From assembly GCF_963973945.1 (NCBI RefSeq), contig NZ_CAXBBV010000009.1, positions 53,108 through 117,107 on the forward strand: 64,000 nt of DNA, written 5' to 3'. Below the pieces are notes generated by a model. It worked only from the letters and a program-made list of their open reading frames with translations, was not told where the DNA came from and ran no database searches. This DNA is from an uncultured Roseivirga sp. (lineage in GTDB: Bacteria; Bacteroidota; Bacteroidia; Cytophagales; Cyclobacteriaceae). Positions 28,061 through 38,694 of this stretch are shown piece after piece; the stretch's first letter is position 1, and each line of letters starts with the position of its first letter. The translations under genes were made by a program, and so were the position numbers.

Positions 28061-30096
28061 AATGTAAATGTATAATACTGACTAGCTTGTTATTCTGGGC
28101 TTGTACGGAGAAAGTAGAAGTTGAGCCTAGGGATTATCCTATCATTCATACATTAGAAGTTTCTAATGTATCGGAGGCTGGAGCCACCTTCAATGCTAAA
28201 TTAGTTTTTAGCGGTGATTTAGAGATCAAGAACCATGGTTTTATTTGGTCTCTATCGGATCTCCCAGTGATAACAAATTCGGATATAGTTTCTTTAGGCG
28301 AGTTGAAAAATGGATCATCATTTTCTTCTGATGTTACAACTAGGCTATCGAAAGAGGCACAGTACTATGTTCGATCATTCCTGAAAACTGATAAGACTAC
28401 TGTATACGGTAGTGTGGTTAGTTTTCAAAGTGAAGGTAGTAACGGGCCTGAATTGATAAGCTTTGAACCAAATATTGGAGATTTAGGTGATACTATTACT
28501 GTAGTAGGAAAGGGGTTTAGTTCTTTAAAAACTGAAAATAAAGTTTTTTTTGAGGGTGAGGTTTCAGAAGTTATTGAAAGCAATGGTGATACAGTTTGGG
28601 TAAAAGTACCGGAAAGTATTGATTCGGATGCTAAAATTTCAGTTGCTGTATCCGGTGCTTCCTCTTCTTTCAGTAAAAAGTTTATTTTAAACATCCCCAA
28701 AATTAACAGTCTAGACGGCTCTACTAAAGTATCATTTCAAGAAGCTGTTTATATTAACACCCCACATATCCCAACGAATACTGATTTTATAAAAATCAAA
28801 TTAGTATCTGACTTGGGTGAGGAATTCACTATAAACAATTCGTATTTAGTTCAGAAGCCGTTTGGGTTTAAAATCCCAGTAGATATCGGGTTTTCAAGAT
28901 TTCGTGTAAAATTAATCTTTAACAATCAAGAATCCCTTTCACAGTCTTCCATCAATCTTTTACCTCCAGTTATCAATAGCCTTTCAAAGTCCGAAATTAA
29001 ATATGATGATGAAATAACGATTTTTGGAGAAAATTTCGGTGAGTTAATTGAGAAAATGACGGTGTGGTTCGGAGATACGGAAGTACCAATAATAGAAGCT
29101 AAGAATATTCTGAATGGTGATGATTACATTAAAGTTAAGGTGCCTAGTATTTTAGACAAAACTTACTCGCAACGGAATTTAAAACTAGGTCTCCAAGTAT
29201 TGGGTCAGACTCTCAATTCGAACAAAGAAATGCAAATTATAAATCAGTGGTTTCGTTTAAAAAAATTACCGTTTACTGAAAATAGCATAGGATGGACAAA
29301 TATTTCAGCAATTACAACCTCAGATGACAGAGCATATGTCATGGTAATCGATGAATTATGGATGTTTGATGGCACACAGTGGGCTTTTTTATCGAAATTC
29401 CCAATCAGTAGCGTGAGAGTTTTTCCTTCTATCAATTATCATAATGGCAGCATATATTATGGTTTAGGTAGACTTTATAGCAAAACACTAGATCAGAGCG
29501 ATTTTTGGGAATACTCCATTGAATCAAACTCTTGGAAGAGGTTGAATGATTTACCTGGTAGGAAACGTTCAGATGTTAGGTCTTTTGTTTATGACGATAA
29601 ATTGTATTTAGGTGGCGGGGATCAGGGAATCCCTGGTTTTTCTTATGGACATAAAAGGTTAGAAGATTTTTGGGTATTTGATAGCAATTTAAATTCATGG
29701 GCTCAACTGTCTGATCTACCTTTTTATTTTCATAGAAATAGATACACAGTTAAAGGCAATGAGTTGTATGGATTTAATACATCTAAAAGAGACTTTACTA
29801 AATATGAGTATGACATTTTTAATGATTCATGGCAACAGTCAAGTTTATCTTTCACTGGATTTTATACTCCTGATTTAAGTAAGTTATTATTTTATGATGA
29901 TAAGCTGATTACTTTTTCAGATCGAAAAGAATACGGGGTCTATTCTCTAGATTTGAATACGATGAAATCTGAGAGGATGGAAGATCCTCCATTTAACTCA
30001 CGTTCTTATTTTATTTTAAACAAAAAAATTTACATGCTAGTTAGCTCAGATTTTGTAGATGCTGGAGAGTTCTGGGAGTTTGATATTGGGAGATAA
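28057..30096 (+). CDS. Lipoprotein with IPT/TIG domains and C-terminal Kelch repeats
   Basis: Lipobox LFWA-C, IPT patterns (P.LISFEPNIG..GDTITVVG.GF; ITIFGENFG) and Kelch patterns (LYLGGG...DFWVFD...W..L.DLP). ATGA overlap with the upstream gene. Confidence 0.82.
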   Translation: MKCKCIILTSLLFWACTEKVEVEPRDYPIIHTLEVSNVSEAGATFNAKLVFSGDLEIKNHGFIWSLSDLPVITNSDIVSLGELKNGSSFSSDVTTRLSKEAQYYVRSFLKTDKTTVYGSVVSFQSEGSNGPELISFEPNIGDLGDTITVVGKGFSSLKTENKVFFEGEVSEVIESNGDTVWVKVPESIDSDAKISVAVSGASSSFSKKFILNIPKINSLDGSTKVSFQEAVYINTPHIPTNTDFIKIKLVSDLGEEFTINNSYLVQKPFGFKIPVDIGFSRFRVKLIFNNQESLSQSSINLLPPVINSLSKSEIKYDDEITIFGENFGELIEKMTVWFGDTEVPIIEAKNILNGDDYIKVKVPSILDKTYSQRNLKLGLQVLGQTLNSNKEMQIINQWFRLKKLPFTENSIGWTNISAITTSDDRAYVMVIDELWMFDGTQWAFLSKFPISSVRVFPSINYHNGSIYYGLGRLYSKTLDQSDFWEYSIESNSWKRLNDLPGRKRSDVRSFVYDDKLYLGGGDQGIPGFSYGHKRLEDFWVFDSNLNSWAQLSDLPFYFHRNRYTVKGNELYGFNTSKRDFTKYEYDIFNDSWQQSSLSFTGFYTPDLSKLLFYDDKLITFSDRKEYGVYSLDLNTMKSERMEDPPFNSRSYFILNKKIYMLVSSDFVDAGEFWEFDIGR

Positions 30097-30233
30097 TTGT
30101 GTTTTAGATTTTTAGAATCACTAATTAATATTTAATTTTACTATTTCTATTTAAGTTTTTAATATGAATTACAACGTTTTATAAACAAAAAAATATGTAT
30201 TTTTTTACTCTGTTTTTAGTCGATGCTGATAAC

Positions 30234-31211
30234 CTATTTACTCATGTTTAACAATACCTTTCCGCTTCTTCCTGGAGCTTCCATTTGCTCAATGGCTTTG
30301 GCGATTTCATCAATTACATAATAAGCTTCAACGTCTGCTTTTAATTCTTGCTTGGTCAGCATAGTCAATACTTCAGGAATAATGGTGGAACGCTGTTCTC
30401 TGGTCAAGCTGGCCATCCATGTACTTAGCCAAAAGCCTTTGATGGTTAAGTTTTTGAAAATTAAGAGTCCTGAATTCAATGGAATAGGTTGAAGGCTCAA
30501 TAGTCCGTAAACAAACATTTTTCCATTGGCTTGCATGGCATTCAACACCTTGTCGCCAAGTTCTCCACCCACGGCATCAAAAGCGGCTTTCACCATTACA
30601 CCATCGGTTGCAGTTTTTACAGCCTTATAGATGTTTTCTGTTTTTTCATTGATAATGGCTTTGGCACCCAAATCGAGTAATGCTTGCTTTTGCTCATCGC
30701 TACGTACTGTGCCTACTACATTGATTCCGCGTTGTGAAGCCAATTGGATGACAAACTTGCTGAAAGCTGAGTTGGACGCTGTTAACATTACCCAATCTCC
30801 TGCTTGTAAATCGGCTTCCATTAACATACCGTAGGCGGTAAACGGATTTACAAAAGCCTGACAAGCTACATCATCGCTCATGGCCTGAGGTTTTGGAATG
30901 GCAGTTTTCGCTGGAATGCAGACATATTCTGCCCAAACGCCTGAGCCTGTGAAAATCACGCCCATACCCAATGGCATTTCTATACCAGTACCACAAGCAT
31001 CTACCGTTCCGGTACCTTCAAAACCGCCAATTTGAGGTAATTCTGGTCTGATGCCATACTTGCCTTGAATAAACATAATGTCGGCAGGAATGATATTCGC
31101 CTTGGTAACTTTTACTCGAATCTCGCCTTCGGCTGGTTCTGGTTTTGGGAGTTCAACGACTTTAAGTACTTCGGTGGGAAGGCCTAGGGCGGTAAATTGG
31201 ACTGCTTTCAT
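30234..31211 (-). CDS. Zinc-independent medium-chain reductase (NADPH:quinone / 2-enoyl-thioester reductase-like)
   Basis: MKAVQF start at 31211, G.EG.G.V, AFVNPFTAYGML and GRSGKVLL. No zinc-cysteine cluster. Confidence 0.85.
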   Translation of the reverse strand: MKAVQFTALGLPTEVLKVVELPKPEPAEGEIRVKVTKANIIPADIMFIQGKYGIRPELPQIGGFEGTGTVDACGTGIEMPLGMGVIFTGSGVWAEYVCIPAKTAIPKPQAMSDDVACQAFVNPFTAYGMLMEADLQAGDWVMLTASNSAFSKFVIQLASQRGINVVGTVRSDEQKQALLDLGAKAIINEKTENIYKAVKTATDGVMVKAAFDAVGGELGDKVLNAMQANGKMFVYGLLSLQPIPLNSGLLIFKNLTIKGFWLSTWMASLTREQRSTIIPEVLTMLTKQELKADVEAYYVIDEIAKAIEQMEAPGRSGKVLLNMSK

Positions 31212-31332
31212 GATTTTTCTATTTATTTGAAAAGACTGCTTCGTTTCTCGCAGTGACGAAAGGTAAATACTCGTCATGCATAACAAATTAAATTATTTAT
31301 CTTGGCTATGCATAACAATAGCTGAAAAACCC

Positions 31333-32100
31333 ATGCAGATATCTGAGAAATTTGAATTAAAAGAAAAAGTAGCCATCATCACAGGTGCTAGTAAGGGCAT
31401 TGGAAAATACATTGCAATGGCTTTGGCACAACAAGGTGCAACGGTTGTGGTGTCTAGCAGAAAGTTAGGAGCCGTGGCCGAAGTGGCTGAAGAATTTAAA
31501 TCGAAAGGCTTGGAAGCGGTGGCTTTTCCTTGTCATATGGGCGATGATGAACAAATTAAAGCTTTGGTAGACAGCACAATCAAAAACCTAGGCGGTATAG
31601 ACATTATTGTGAACAATGCGGCTGCCAATCCAGTATTTGGGCCTGTGCAAGAAGCTGGTGATGAAGCTTTTGATAAAATCATGGACGTGAATGTAAAAGG
31701 CCCGCTCAATTTGGCCAAATACGCTTACGAAAGTATGAAGGGTCGCGGTGGCGGTTCTGTCATCAATATTTCTAGTATCGAAGGAATCACCCCTGGGCAT
31801 GGTTTGGGACTGTACTCTGTCAGTAAAGCAGCTTTGATTCAATTGACCAAGGTTTTGGCCAGGGAATGGGGGCGTGATAACATTCGTGCAAATGCGATTT
31901 GTCCTGGGCTTATTGACACCAAGTTCAGCGAAGCACTCACGAGTAATGAAAAGATTATGAAAGTGGTGATGATGAAACAAGCCTTGCCTATGCTCGCCCA
32001 ACCAGAAGATATCGCGGGACTGGCGCTATTCTTGGCTTCTGATGCCTCCAAGTTCGTTACTGGTGCTGTGATTTCAGCGGATGGTGGATATACGGTGTAG
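31333..32100 (+). CDS. SDR-family oxidoreductase
   Basis: TGASKGIG, NNAA and YSVSK. The start is moved to MQISEKF at 31333. Confidence 0.93.
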   Translation: MQISEKFELKEKVAIITGASKGIGKYIAMALAQQGATVVVSSRKLGAVAEVAEEFKSKGLEAVAFPCHMGDDEQIKALVDSTIKNLGGIDIIVNNAAANPVFGPVQEAGDEAFDKIMDVNVKGPLNLAKYAYESMKGRGGGSVINISSIEGITPGHGLGLYSVSKAALIQLTKVLAREWGRDNIRANAICPGLIDTKFSEALTSNEKIMKVVMMKQALPMLAQPEDIAGLALFLASDASKFVTGAVISADGGYTV

Positions 32101-32151
32101 TTAATTAGTATATTGGTTATTAGTTATAAGTGTTGAAAATCAATCAATTTC

Positions 32152-32343
32152 ATGGATACTTTTCTTGCTGAACTTGTACCTTTGATAGGTGGGATGGTTA
32201 GATTTTTATTCCTTTCTCCTTTTAAAAATCAGTCTTTTAAGGCGTTTAATAATTCTGAAAGGAAGTATCACAACTTATTCAATTGGGTTGCTGGGCTTTT
32301 TACAATAATGGCTGTCCTACTGGTGATCAAATGGATTGTATAG
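32152..32343 (+). CDS. Small hypothetical membrane protein
   Basis: 63 aa with two hydrophobic stretches, filling an intergenic gap without overlap. Confidence 0.5.
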   Translation: MDTFLAELVPLIGGMVRFLFLSPFKNQSFKAFNNSERKYHNLFNWVAGLFTIMAVLLVIKWIV

Positions 32344-32361
32344 TCTTGCCGTACTGGGTAT

Positions 32362-33552
32362 TTAGACCTCTTTCGTTAACTCAATTGCATTTTTAATGAT
32401 AGCGCAGCCTCGTTGGATATCTGCTTCTGAAATGGTGAGGGGTGGTGCTAAGCGGAAACTTTCTGGACAAGAGAGAAACCAAAAAGTGATCAACCCATCT
32501 TCTAAACATTGATTTACGATTCTGGCGACACGTTCTGCACTTTTAAACTCAACAGCGAACATCAAACCGATTCTTCTAATTTCGATAATATCTGGGTGTC
32601 CAATAAGTGATTCAATCAGTTGACCTTTCTTTTCAACGCCTTCAATTAGGTTTTCATTTTCAATCACTTCAAGGTTGGCCACTGCGGCCGCGCAATTGAC
32701 AGGGTGTCCGCCAAAAGTAGTGATATGACCCAATACTGGATTGAAGGTGAGTTGTTCCATATGGGACTTGGAAGAAATAAAAGCGCCCATCGGCATGCCT
32801 CCGCCCATGGCTTTGGCAATCGTCAATATATCGGGAATCACATCAAACTGCTGAAAAGCAAAGAGGGAACCCGTACGTCCGTAACCCGTTTGTATTTCGT
32901 CAAAAATTAAAAGCGCACCAGTTTCTGTGCACCTTTCGCGTAATGCTTTCAAATAAGCTTTGGAAGGAATGCGTACTCCCGCATCACCTTGAATAGGTTC
33001 TATAATAACACAGGCCGTTGCTTCTGTAATCTGTGCTAAATCGTCAATATTGTTGAACTCAATAAAGTACACATCGGGCAATAGAGGCCTGAAAGCGTAT
33101 TTTTTCATTTGGTTGCCTGAAACGCTCAGCGCACCATGTGTGCCACCATGATACGATTTCTTGCAGGAAATAATCTGCGTTCTGCCTGTAACTCGCTTGG
33201 CCAGTTTCAATGCGCCTTCATTGGCTTCGGCTCCAGAATTCACAAAATAACTAGTGCTAAGCTGTTCTGGAAGGAGTGAGGCAAGCTTTTCGGCCAATCG
33301 GTTTTGCGGACTTTGGATAAACTCACCATAGGCCATTACGTGCATGTATTTGTCCAGCTGATCTTTGATGGCTTTCACCACATGAGGATGACGGTGGCCA
33401 ATATTAGAGACCGCAATGCCTGAAATGAAATCGAGGTATTCCTTTCCATCCGTATCGAAAATGCTGGTGCCTTCCGCAAGCGCCACTTCCACCTTAAGTG
33501 GATAAGGGGTGGTTTGTGCTACGTGATTAAGGAATATGCGCTCAGAATTCAT
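32362..33552 (-). CDS. Class III PLP-dependent aminotransferase (acetylornithine aminotransferase-like)
   Basis: FDEIQTGYGRTG, DILTIAKAMGGG (PLP lysine) and TTFGGHP. Start likely MNSERIF at 33552. Confidence 0.9.
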   Translation of the reverse strand: MNSERIFLNHVAQTTPYPLKVEVALAEGTSIFDTDGKEYLDFISGIAVSNIGHRHPHVVKAIKDQLDKYMHVMAYGEFIQSPQNRLAEKLASLLPEQLSTSYFVNSGAEANEGALKLAKRVTGRTQIISCKKSYHGGTHGALSVSGNQMKKYAFRPLLPDVYFIEFNNIDDLAQITEATACVIIEPIQGDAGVRIPSKAYLKALRERCTETGALLIFDEIQTGYGRTGSLFAFQQFDVIPDILTIAKAMGGGMPMGAFISSKSHMEQLTFNPVLGHITTFGGHPVNCAAAVANLEVIENENLIEGVEKKGQLIESLIGHPDIIEIRRIGLMFAVEFKSAERVARIVNQCLEDGLITFWFLSCPESFRLAPPLTISEADIQRGCAIIKNAIELTKEV

Positions 33553-33683
33553 GTGCGAAAGTAAGCAGGAATCGCTTAAACTAAAACAGTGAACCAACGT
33601 ATCCGTGTACTCTGAAAGTAAATTGATTAGTTGATTCTACTTCCGTTTGAACGGATTATCACAGAAAGCACTAATTTTGAGCA

Positions 33684-35264
33684 ATGTTAATTAAGGAGGG
33701 CGATTTTAACCGTAATGAGCGATGGATGCTGGCTGGCATGCTGGTGTTATTGCTTTGTGCCCTGTTTGTTAACCTTGGTATTTACCCGCTTTATTTAGAA
33801 GAACCCAGACGCGGTTTGATTGCCTTGGAAATGATGTTCCAAGATAACCTTTGGGTGCCTACGCAAACGGGAGATTTATACTATCGGAAACCACCATTTT
33901 ACAATTGGCTGATCATCCTTTCTTATCAAATTTTTGGTGGCTATTCAGAGTTTGCCACTCGTCTTGTTTCTGTGCTGTCAGCCTTGGTTACGGGAGTAGT
34001 GATTTACAGATTCTTCAAATTTAGATTGGGGAAGAGACTGGCAGTTTATGCTGCTTTAAGCTATGTAACTTGCGTAGATATACTCTTCTATTTCAGTATG
34101 ATAGGAGAGATAGATTTATTTTATGCTTTAGTTACTTTTTTAGTTTTTGTTTCGATTTATCATTTTGGAAAACTAGAACAGTATTGGCCTTTGTTCTTAT
34201 TCGCATACCTCCTTACCGCTATTGGTTTCTTGACGAAGGGACTTACTTCTTTGCCATTTTTGGCAATTTCCCTGTTGGTCTTTTTTATTTATGAGAAGAA
34301 ATTTAAAGTGCTGTTTTCTATACAGCATATCGTATCAATTTTGGTCTTCTTTGTTGTATTAGCGGGTTATTTCTATGCGTACTCGCTTCATGAAGATCCA
34401 AGTGGTTGGTACACCACACTTTTCTCAGAGTCAGCAGATAAGGCAGTTGGAGGTGGTTTTTCAGCTTTATTAAAACACATTGCTCTTTTTCCGTTGACCA
34501 CAATGGCCAATCTTCTACCAGTTACCTTATTTATTCCAGTGCTCTTTATTAAGAAGGTAAGGGTAATACTGATGTCGAATCGACTGATGGTATTTTTGGT
34601 GTTATTGTTTGTGGCCAATTTTGTGGTGTATTGGTTTTCGGCCGAAGCAAAATCAAGGTATTTGTACCCTTTATTCCCCTTATTAATAGCAATTCTATTG
34701 TATGGCATTCAAAAAACAGATGCCATTTGGCTGCGAAAATATGCTAAAGTGATCACCGTATTTTTGGTTTCTGTGGCCACATTGACTTTCCCGACTATGC
34801 TTTTTGTAAAAGAACTCGAAGTAGTAGATCACTTACTCTTCATTGTTATAGGCTTGGAGTTGTTGGTGGTTCTACTGTGGTGGTTGTACCTTAAAAAGGG
34901 AATTGAAGCCTATATGATTATTTTAGGCGTACTGTTGGTACTGCGCTTGGGTTATTCGTTTACCGTGCCTGTAACGCGTCAAAAAACCACTGGAGCAGCC
35001 GAAGACAAAGCCTTAGGATTAAGAATTGCTGAAACCACCAAAGGAGAGCCATTGTACCGACTGGGCGATGTGCGAATGTCGCTTACGATTGTTTATTACT
35101 TGGAAGCAGAACGAGAAGCCATTTTATACCAAACCGATGAATTGAAAGACGGCTATTATTTCGTATATACTGATGATTTGCCTGAGACGGGCTATTCCCT
35201 AATTGAAGAGTTTCATTACCACAACGAACCGATTTACTTAATTAGAGTAAACACACAAGAATGA
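33684..35264 (+). CDS. ArnT/GT39-like polytopic glycosyltransferase
   Basis: EEPRRGLIALEM, YYRKPPFYNW, EFATRL, GEIDLF and LTKG motifs, with many TM helices. Confidence 0.85.
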   Translation: MLIKEGDFNRNERWMLAGMLVLLLCALFVNLGIYPLYLEEPRRGLIALEMMFQDNLWVPTQTGDLYYRKPPFYNWLIILSYQIFGGYSEFATRLVSVLSALVTGVVIYRFFKFRLGKRLAVYAALSYVTCVDILFYFSMIGEIDLFYALVTFLVFVSIYHFGKLEQYWPLFLFAYLLTAIGFLTKGLTSLPFLAISLLVFFIYEKKFKVLFSIQHIVSILVFFVVLAGYFYAYSLHEDPSGWYTTLFSESADKAVGGGFSALLKHIALFPLTTMANLLPVTLFIPVLFIKKVRVILMSNRLMVFLVLLFVANFVVYWFSAEAKSRYLYPLFPLLIAILLYGIQKTDAIWLRKYAKVITVFLVSVATLTFPTMLFVKELEVVDHLLFIVIGLELLVVLLWWLYLKKGIEAYMIILGVLLVLRLGYSFTVPVTRQKTTGAAEDKALGLRIAETTKGEPLYRLGDVRMSLTIVYYLEAEREAILYQTDELKDGYYFVYTDDLPETGYSLIEEFHYHNEPIYLIRVNTQE

Positions 35265-35379
35265 AGGAGAAATCATCTATTAATACGGGCAGTATTAATC
35301 ATAAAGAACATTAGAGTGGCGCGGCCTGAAATAGACTGACACAACCTACTTTAAGGAAGAGACAATTCTTAGGTTGTGC

Positions 35380-35835
35380 TTATTCTGTTATACCAATCGG
35401 AATAGTAATGTATGACCAACTAGAAGCTAGAGGAGAGTCTACTTTATTTTCATCAGAACTTGCTTTGATTTTACCTCCATTAAAATCCTTTGTAAATTTA
35501 ATCGTTGCTACCGAAAATGTGAATTCAGGCATAAGAGTAGTTTCAATATTTATGATTTCCATTTCTCCGGACAGTACAATCCAATTTACAACTTCATTTA
35601 TGTTTACTTTTCCCAATTTAGATACACTGAATAGATAGTTGTATGTTTTACCTGGTGTTACGGCTTTAGGCCCATCTAAACATACTCCAGTTTTTCCTGA
35701 TGGGAAAATACATGAAGAGACATCTACTAGTTCTGCATTCATTATAGTTGTATCATCATTAATTTGAGCTTCATCATCACATGAAAAAGTTAAAACTAGG
35801 GCTAAGGCAATTAGGGTTTTAAGTGAGGTTTTCAT
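35380..35835 (-). CDS. Hypothetical lipoprotein
   Basis: 151 aa with lipobox LTFS-C followed by DDE; visibly AT-rich. Confidence 0.65.
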   Translation of the reverse strand: MKTSLKTLIALALVLTFSCDDEAQINDDTTIMNAELVDVSSCIFPSGKTGVCLDGPKAVTPGKTYNYLFSVSKLGKVNINEVVNWIVLSGEMEIINIETTLMPEFTFSVATIKFTKDFNGGKIKASSDENKVDSPLASSWSYITIPIGITE

Positions 35836-36101
35836 CTTGAAGGTGTTTAGTTGTGTGTTTTCATTTGTAGTAATAACTAGATTTTTTATAGAGGTTACAC
35901 TTTATGAGATTCTTTTTAAACCTGTAAACTTTTTAGGACGAGTCAGCTTTCTTCACTGCCATTAGGGTAAAAAGGAGGCTGTAAATGGCTACCTTGTATG
36001 TGAAAAGCGAATTGAAAAAGGCTGTAGTAATTGGTTATGCTATAACTACATGAATGTTTTACAGTATTTCCAAGTTTTGATTATTACCTAATTAACAACC
36101 A

Positions 36102-37154
36102 ATGATTGATAAGGCAAAGGACATCAGGAAAGGAGAGGAGTTAGACTTAACAAAACTGACAGAATACTTGGGTGATCATTTAGCAGGGTTTTCTGGAAAT
36201 ATCGAAGTCTCTCAATTCCCAAGTGGTTTTTCGAACCTTACCTATTTGATCAAAACAGGCCAAAAGGAATATGTATTGAGGCGTCCGCCATTTGGGGCGA
36301 ATATCAAAGGCGGACATGATATGCACAGAGAGTTTAGAGTACTTTCAGCTTTAAAACCTGTGTATTCCAAAGTACCCAAGCCTGTATTGTTTTGCGACAA
36401 TCATTCCGTGATGGGAGCCGATTTCTACCTTATGGAGCGTGTAAAAGGCGTGATTCTACGCAGTCAAGCCCCGAAAGACATTGAGCTCAAACCTGAATTA
36501 ATGCGGTCCATTTCTGAAGCCTGCATTGATACCTTGGCAGATCTTCACACCATGGACTTAACTGCTGCTGGTTTGGCCGATTTCGGTAGACCTGAGGGCT
36601 ATACCCAACGACAGGTGGAAGGTTGGATTGGACGCTATTATAAATCCGAGACAGATAAGCTACCTCATATGGATGTGGTGGCCGAGTGGCTGCAAAAACA
36701 CATTCCAGAACAGAAATATGTCAGCTTTATTCACAACGACTATAAGTACAATAACCTCGTGTTGAACCCCGAAAAGCTAGACGAAATTATTGCGGTACTG
36801 GATTGGGAAATGTCGACTGTGGGCAATCCATTGATGGATTTAGGTACTTCCTTGGCCTATTGGGCGCAAGTAGATGATTCTGATGCACTAAAGCCTTTCA
36901 GCCTTACATGGTTGCCTGGCAATTATACGCGTAATGAATTGGTGGAGTGCTATGCAGAAAAAACAGGCTTCGACCTAAAAGACCAAGTGTTTTACTATGT
37001 TTTTGGAGCATTTAAAATCGGAGTGATTATTCAGCAGATTTACGCCCGCTATAAAAAAGGACTGACACAAGATCCACGTTTCGCCAATTTGATTTATGCC
37101 GTTAAAGCCTGTGGAGCCAATGCGGTAAAGGCTTTGGAAAAGGATAGAATATGA
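36102..37154 (+). CDS. Phosphotransferase (APH-like, ACAD10/11 N-terminal type)
   Basis: QFPSGFSNLTY, YVLRRPP, HDMHREFRVL, HNDYKYNN and VLDWEMSTVG.PL.DLG. Confidence 0.9.
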   Translation: MIDKAKDIRKGEELDLTKLTEYLGDHLAGFSGNIEVSQFPSGFSNLTYLIKTGQKEYVLRRPPFGANIKGGHDMHREFRVLSALKPVYSKVPKPVLFCDNHSVMGADFYLMERVKGVILRSQAPKDIELKPELMRSISEACIDTLADLHTMDLTAAGLADFGRPEGYTQRQVEGWIGRYYKSETDKLPHMDVVAEWLQKHIPEQKYVSFIHNDYKYNNLVLNPEKLDEIIAVLDWEMSTVGNPLMDLGTSLAYWAQVDDSDALKPFSLTWLPGNYTRNELVECYAEKTGFDLKDQVFYYVFGAFKIGVIIQQIYARYKKGLTQDPRFANLIYAVKACGANAVKALEKDRI

Positions 37155-37567
37155 ATTTAAATAGAACAATTTTAATCGCTCTGTTCTCTGTTTTATGTGC
37201 TCATATATCTCAGGCTCAGAAGCCAGAAGAGAATTTTGAATCTTTCTTAAAGCGATTTGATACAGACTCTTCATTTCAAATGTCGAGGATTCTTGATTCA
37301 GTAATAGTAGTTTACACATCAGATATAATAGTCGATGCTGACGGAAATGGATATACCGAAAATTATGAGGCACCATTAGCAAAAGCAGACTGGAGAGTCA
37401 AGAAACTTGAGAAGAAGCAGTTTAATAATTGGGAAATTAGACAGCTTGAAAACGATATTAAAGAACTAACGATGGCTGGTAAACAGAGCGGAGTGTATGT
37501 GGTGATAGAATTCGTTCTTCGTGATGGGCTTTGGTTTTTACGTAAATATGGAGATTACTCAACCTGA
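37151..37567 (+). CDS. Secreted DUF4348-like protein
   Basis: Signal peptide, ENFESFLKRF..DSSFQMSRI and a C-terminal F....G.WFL. Confidence 0.6.
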   Translation: MNLNRTILIALFSVLCAHISQAQKPEENFESFLKRFDTDSSFQMSRILDSVIVVYTSDIIVDADGNGYTENYEAPLAKADWRVKKLEKKQFNNWEIRQLENDIKELTMAGKQSGVYVVIEFVLRDGLWFLRKYGDYST

Positions 37568-37590
37568 ATTATTACTATAATAATCTAAAA

Positions 37591-38480
37591 ATGAAACTGA
37601 AAATAGAAGACATTGATAAAGTACTCATTCTGGGTGCTGGAACGCTTGGTTTAAGGGTAGGGCTGCAATGTGCCATCAGTGGTTTTGAAACTACCATTTA
37701 TGATATCTCCGAGAAAGCACTTGATACCGCCATTAAAACTCAAGCCAGCATTCTTAAAATGTTGATTCGCAATGAAAGGCTAACCGAGGCACAAGCTGAG
37801 GAAGCCAAAGGCCGTTTGACTTTCACGACAGACCCAGAAGCTGCAGCAGATGATGCCGACTTCCTGAGCGAATCTGTCACTGAAAATCTCGAATTGAAGC
37901 GTAAAGTTTGGGCGCAGTTTGGTGCGCTTTGCCCTGACAAGACGATTTTCACTACCAATACGTCCTATTTGCTTGGTTCACAAATCGCGGATGCTTCTGG
38001 CCGACCTGAGCGCTTCTGCAACTTCCATTTCCATGATGTATTTTATTCCAATGTGGTGGACGTAATGCCGCATGCGGGTACAGAGGCTTGGATCAATGAT
38101 TTATTGATGGAATTGGGAGAGAAGCTTTGGCAAACGCCTGTGTTCGTTCAAAAGGAAAACACGGGTTACATCTTCAATTACATGCTGATGGCGCTTTTGG
38201 GAGCCGCAGGTTCACTCAGAACACTTGACATTGGTTCTATTGAAGATATTGACAGAAGCTGGATGGGCAACTTTAAAATGGAAATGGGGCCATTCGAATT
38301 TTGGATACAGTTGGGCTTGATACGGCTTGGCATATCACCAGCAATCACCCAGACAAGAAAAGCCAGGCTTTTGCTGCCTTGCTGAAAAGCTATATTGACG
38401 AAGGTAAACTGGGCGTAAAAACAGGAGAGGGCTTTTATACTTATCCCAACCCAAGGTTTAAAGAAGAGGGGTTTGTTTGA
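37591..38480 (+). pseudogene. 3-hydroxyacyl-CoA dehydrogenase with a 1-bp frameshift near 38296
   Basis: GAGTLG Rossmann motif, ESVTENLELK and NFHF. After MGPF the frame shifts. Adding one base restores GILDTVGLDTAWHI...GKLGVKTGEGFYTYPNP...* ending at 38480. Confidence 0.85.
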
Positions 38481-38593
38481 TGGTGCTCCGTTTGCTTCAC
38501 AGCTCTAATAATTGATTAGAAGTCAACCGCCTATTTTCCTTTCCTGAGGTGCAAAGGATCTAATTTTATCGAGTTGTGATGTTGTTTCTAGTT

Positions 38594-38623
38594 CCTTCTT
38601 CCGAAGCCTCGGAGTCAGGATGA
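38594..38623. repeat. REP-like palindrome
   Basis: TCCGA-AGCC-TCGGA hairpin with a CAGGATGA tail, related to the copies at 10388-10505. Confidence 0.35.
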
Positions 38624-38694
38624 AAAGCGGTGTGCACACAATCACAGTTGATTCTAATTCTTGCAGTTTTTAATTCCTTAATGCCTCAGGAATT

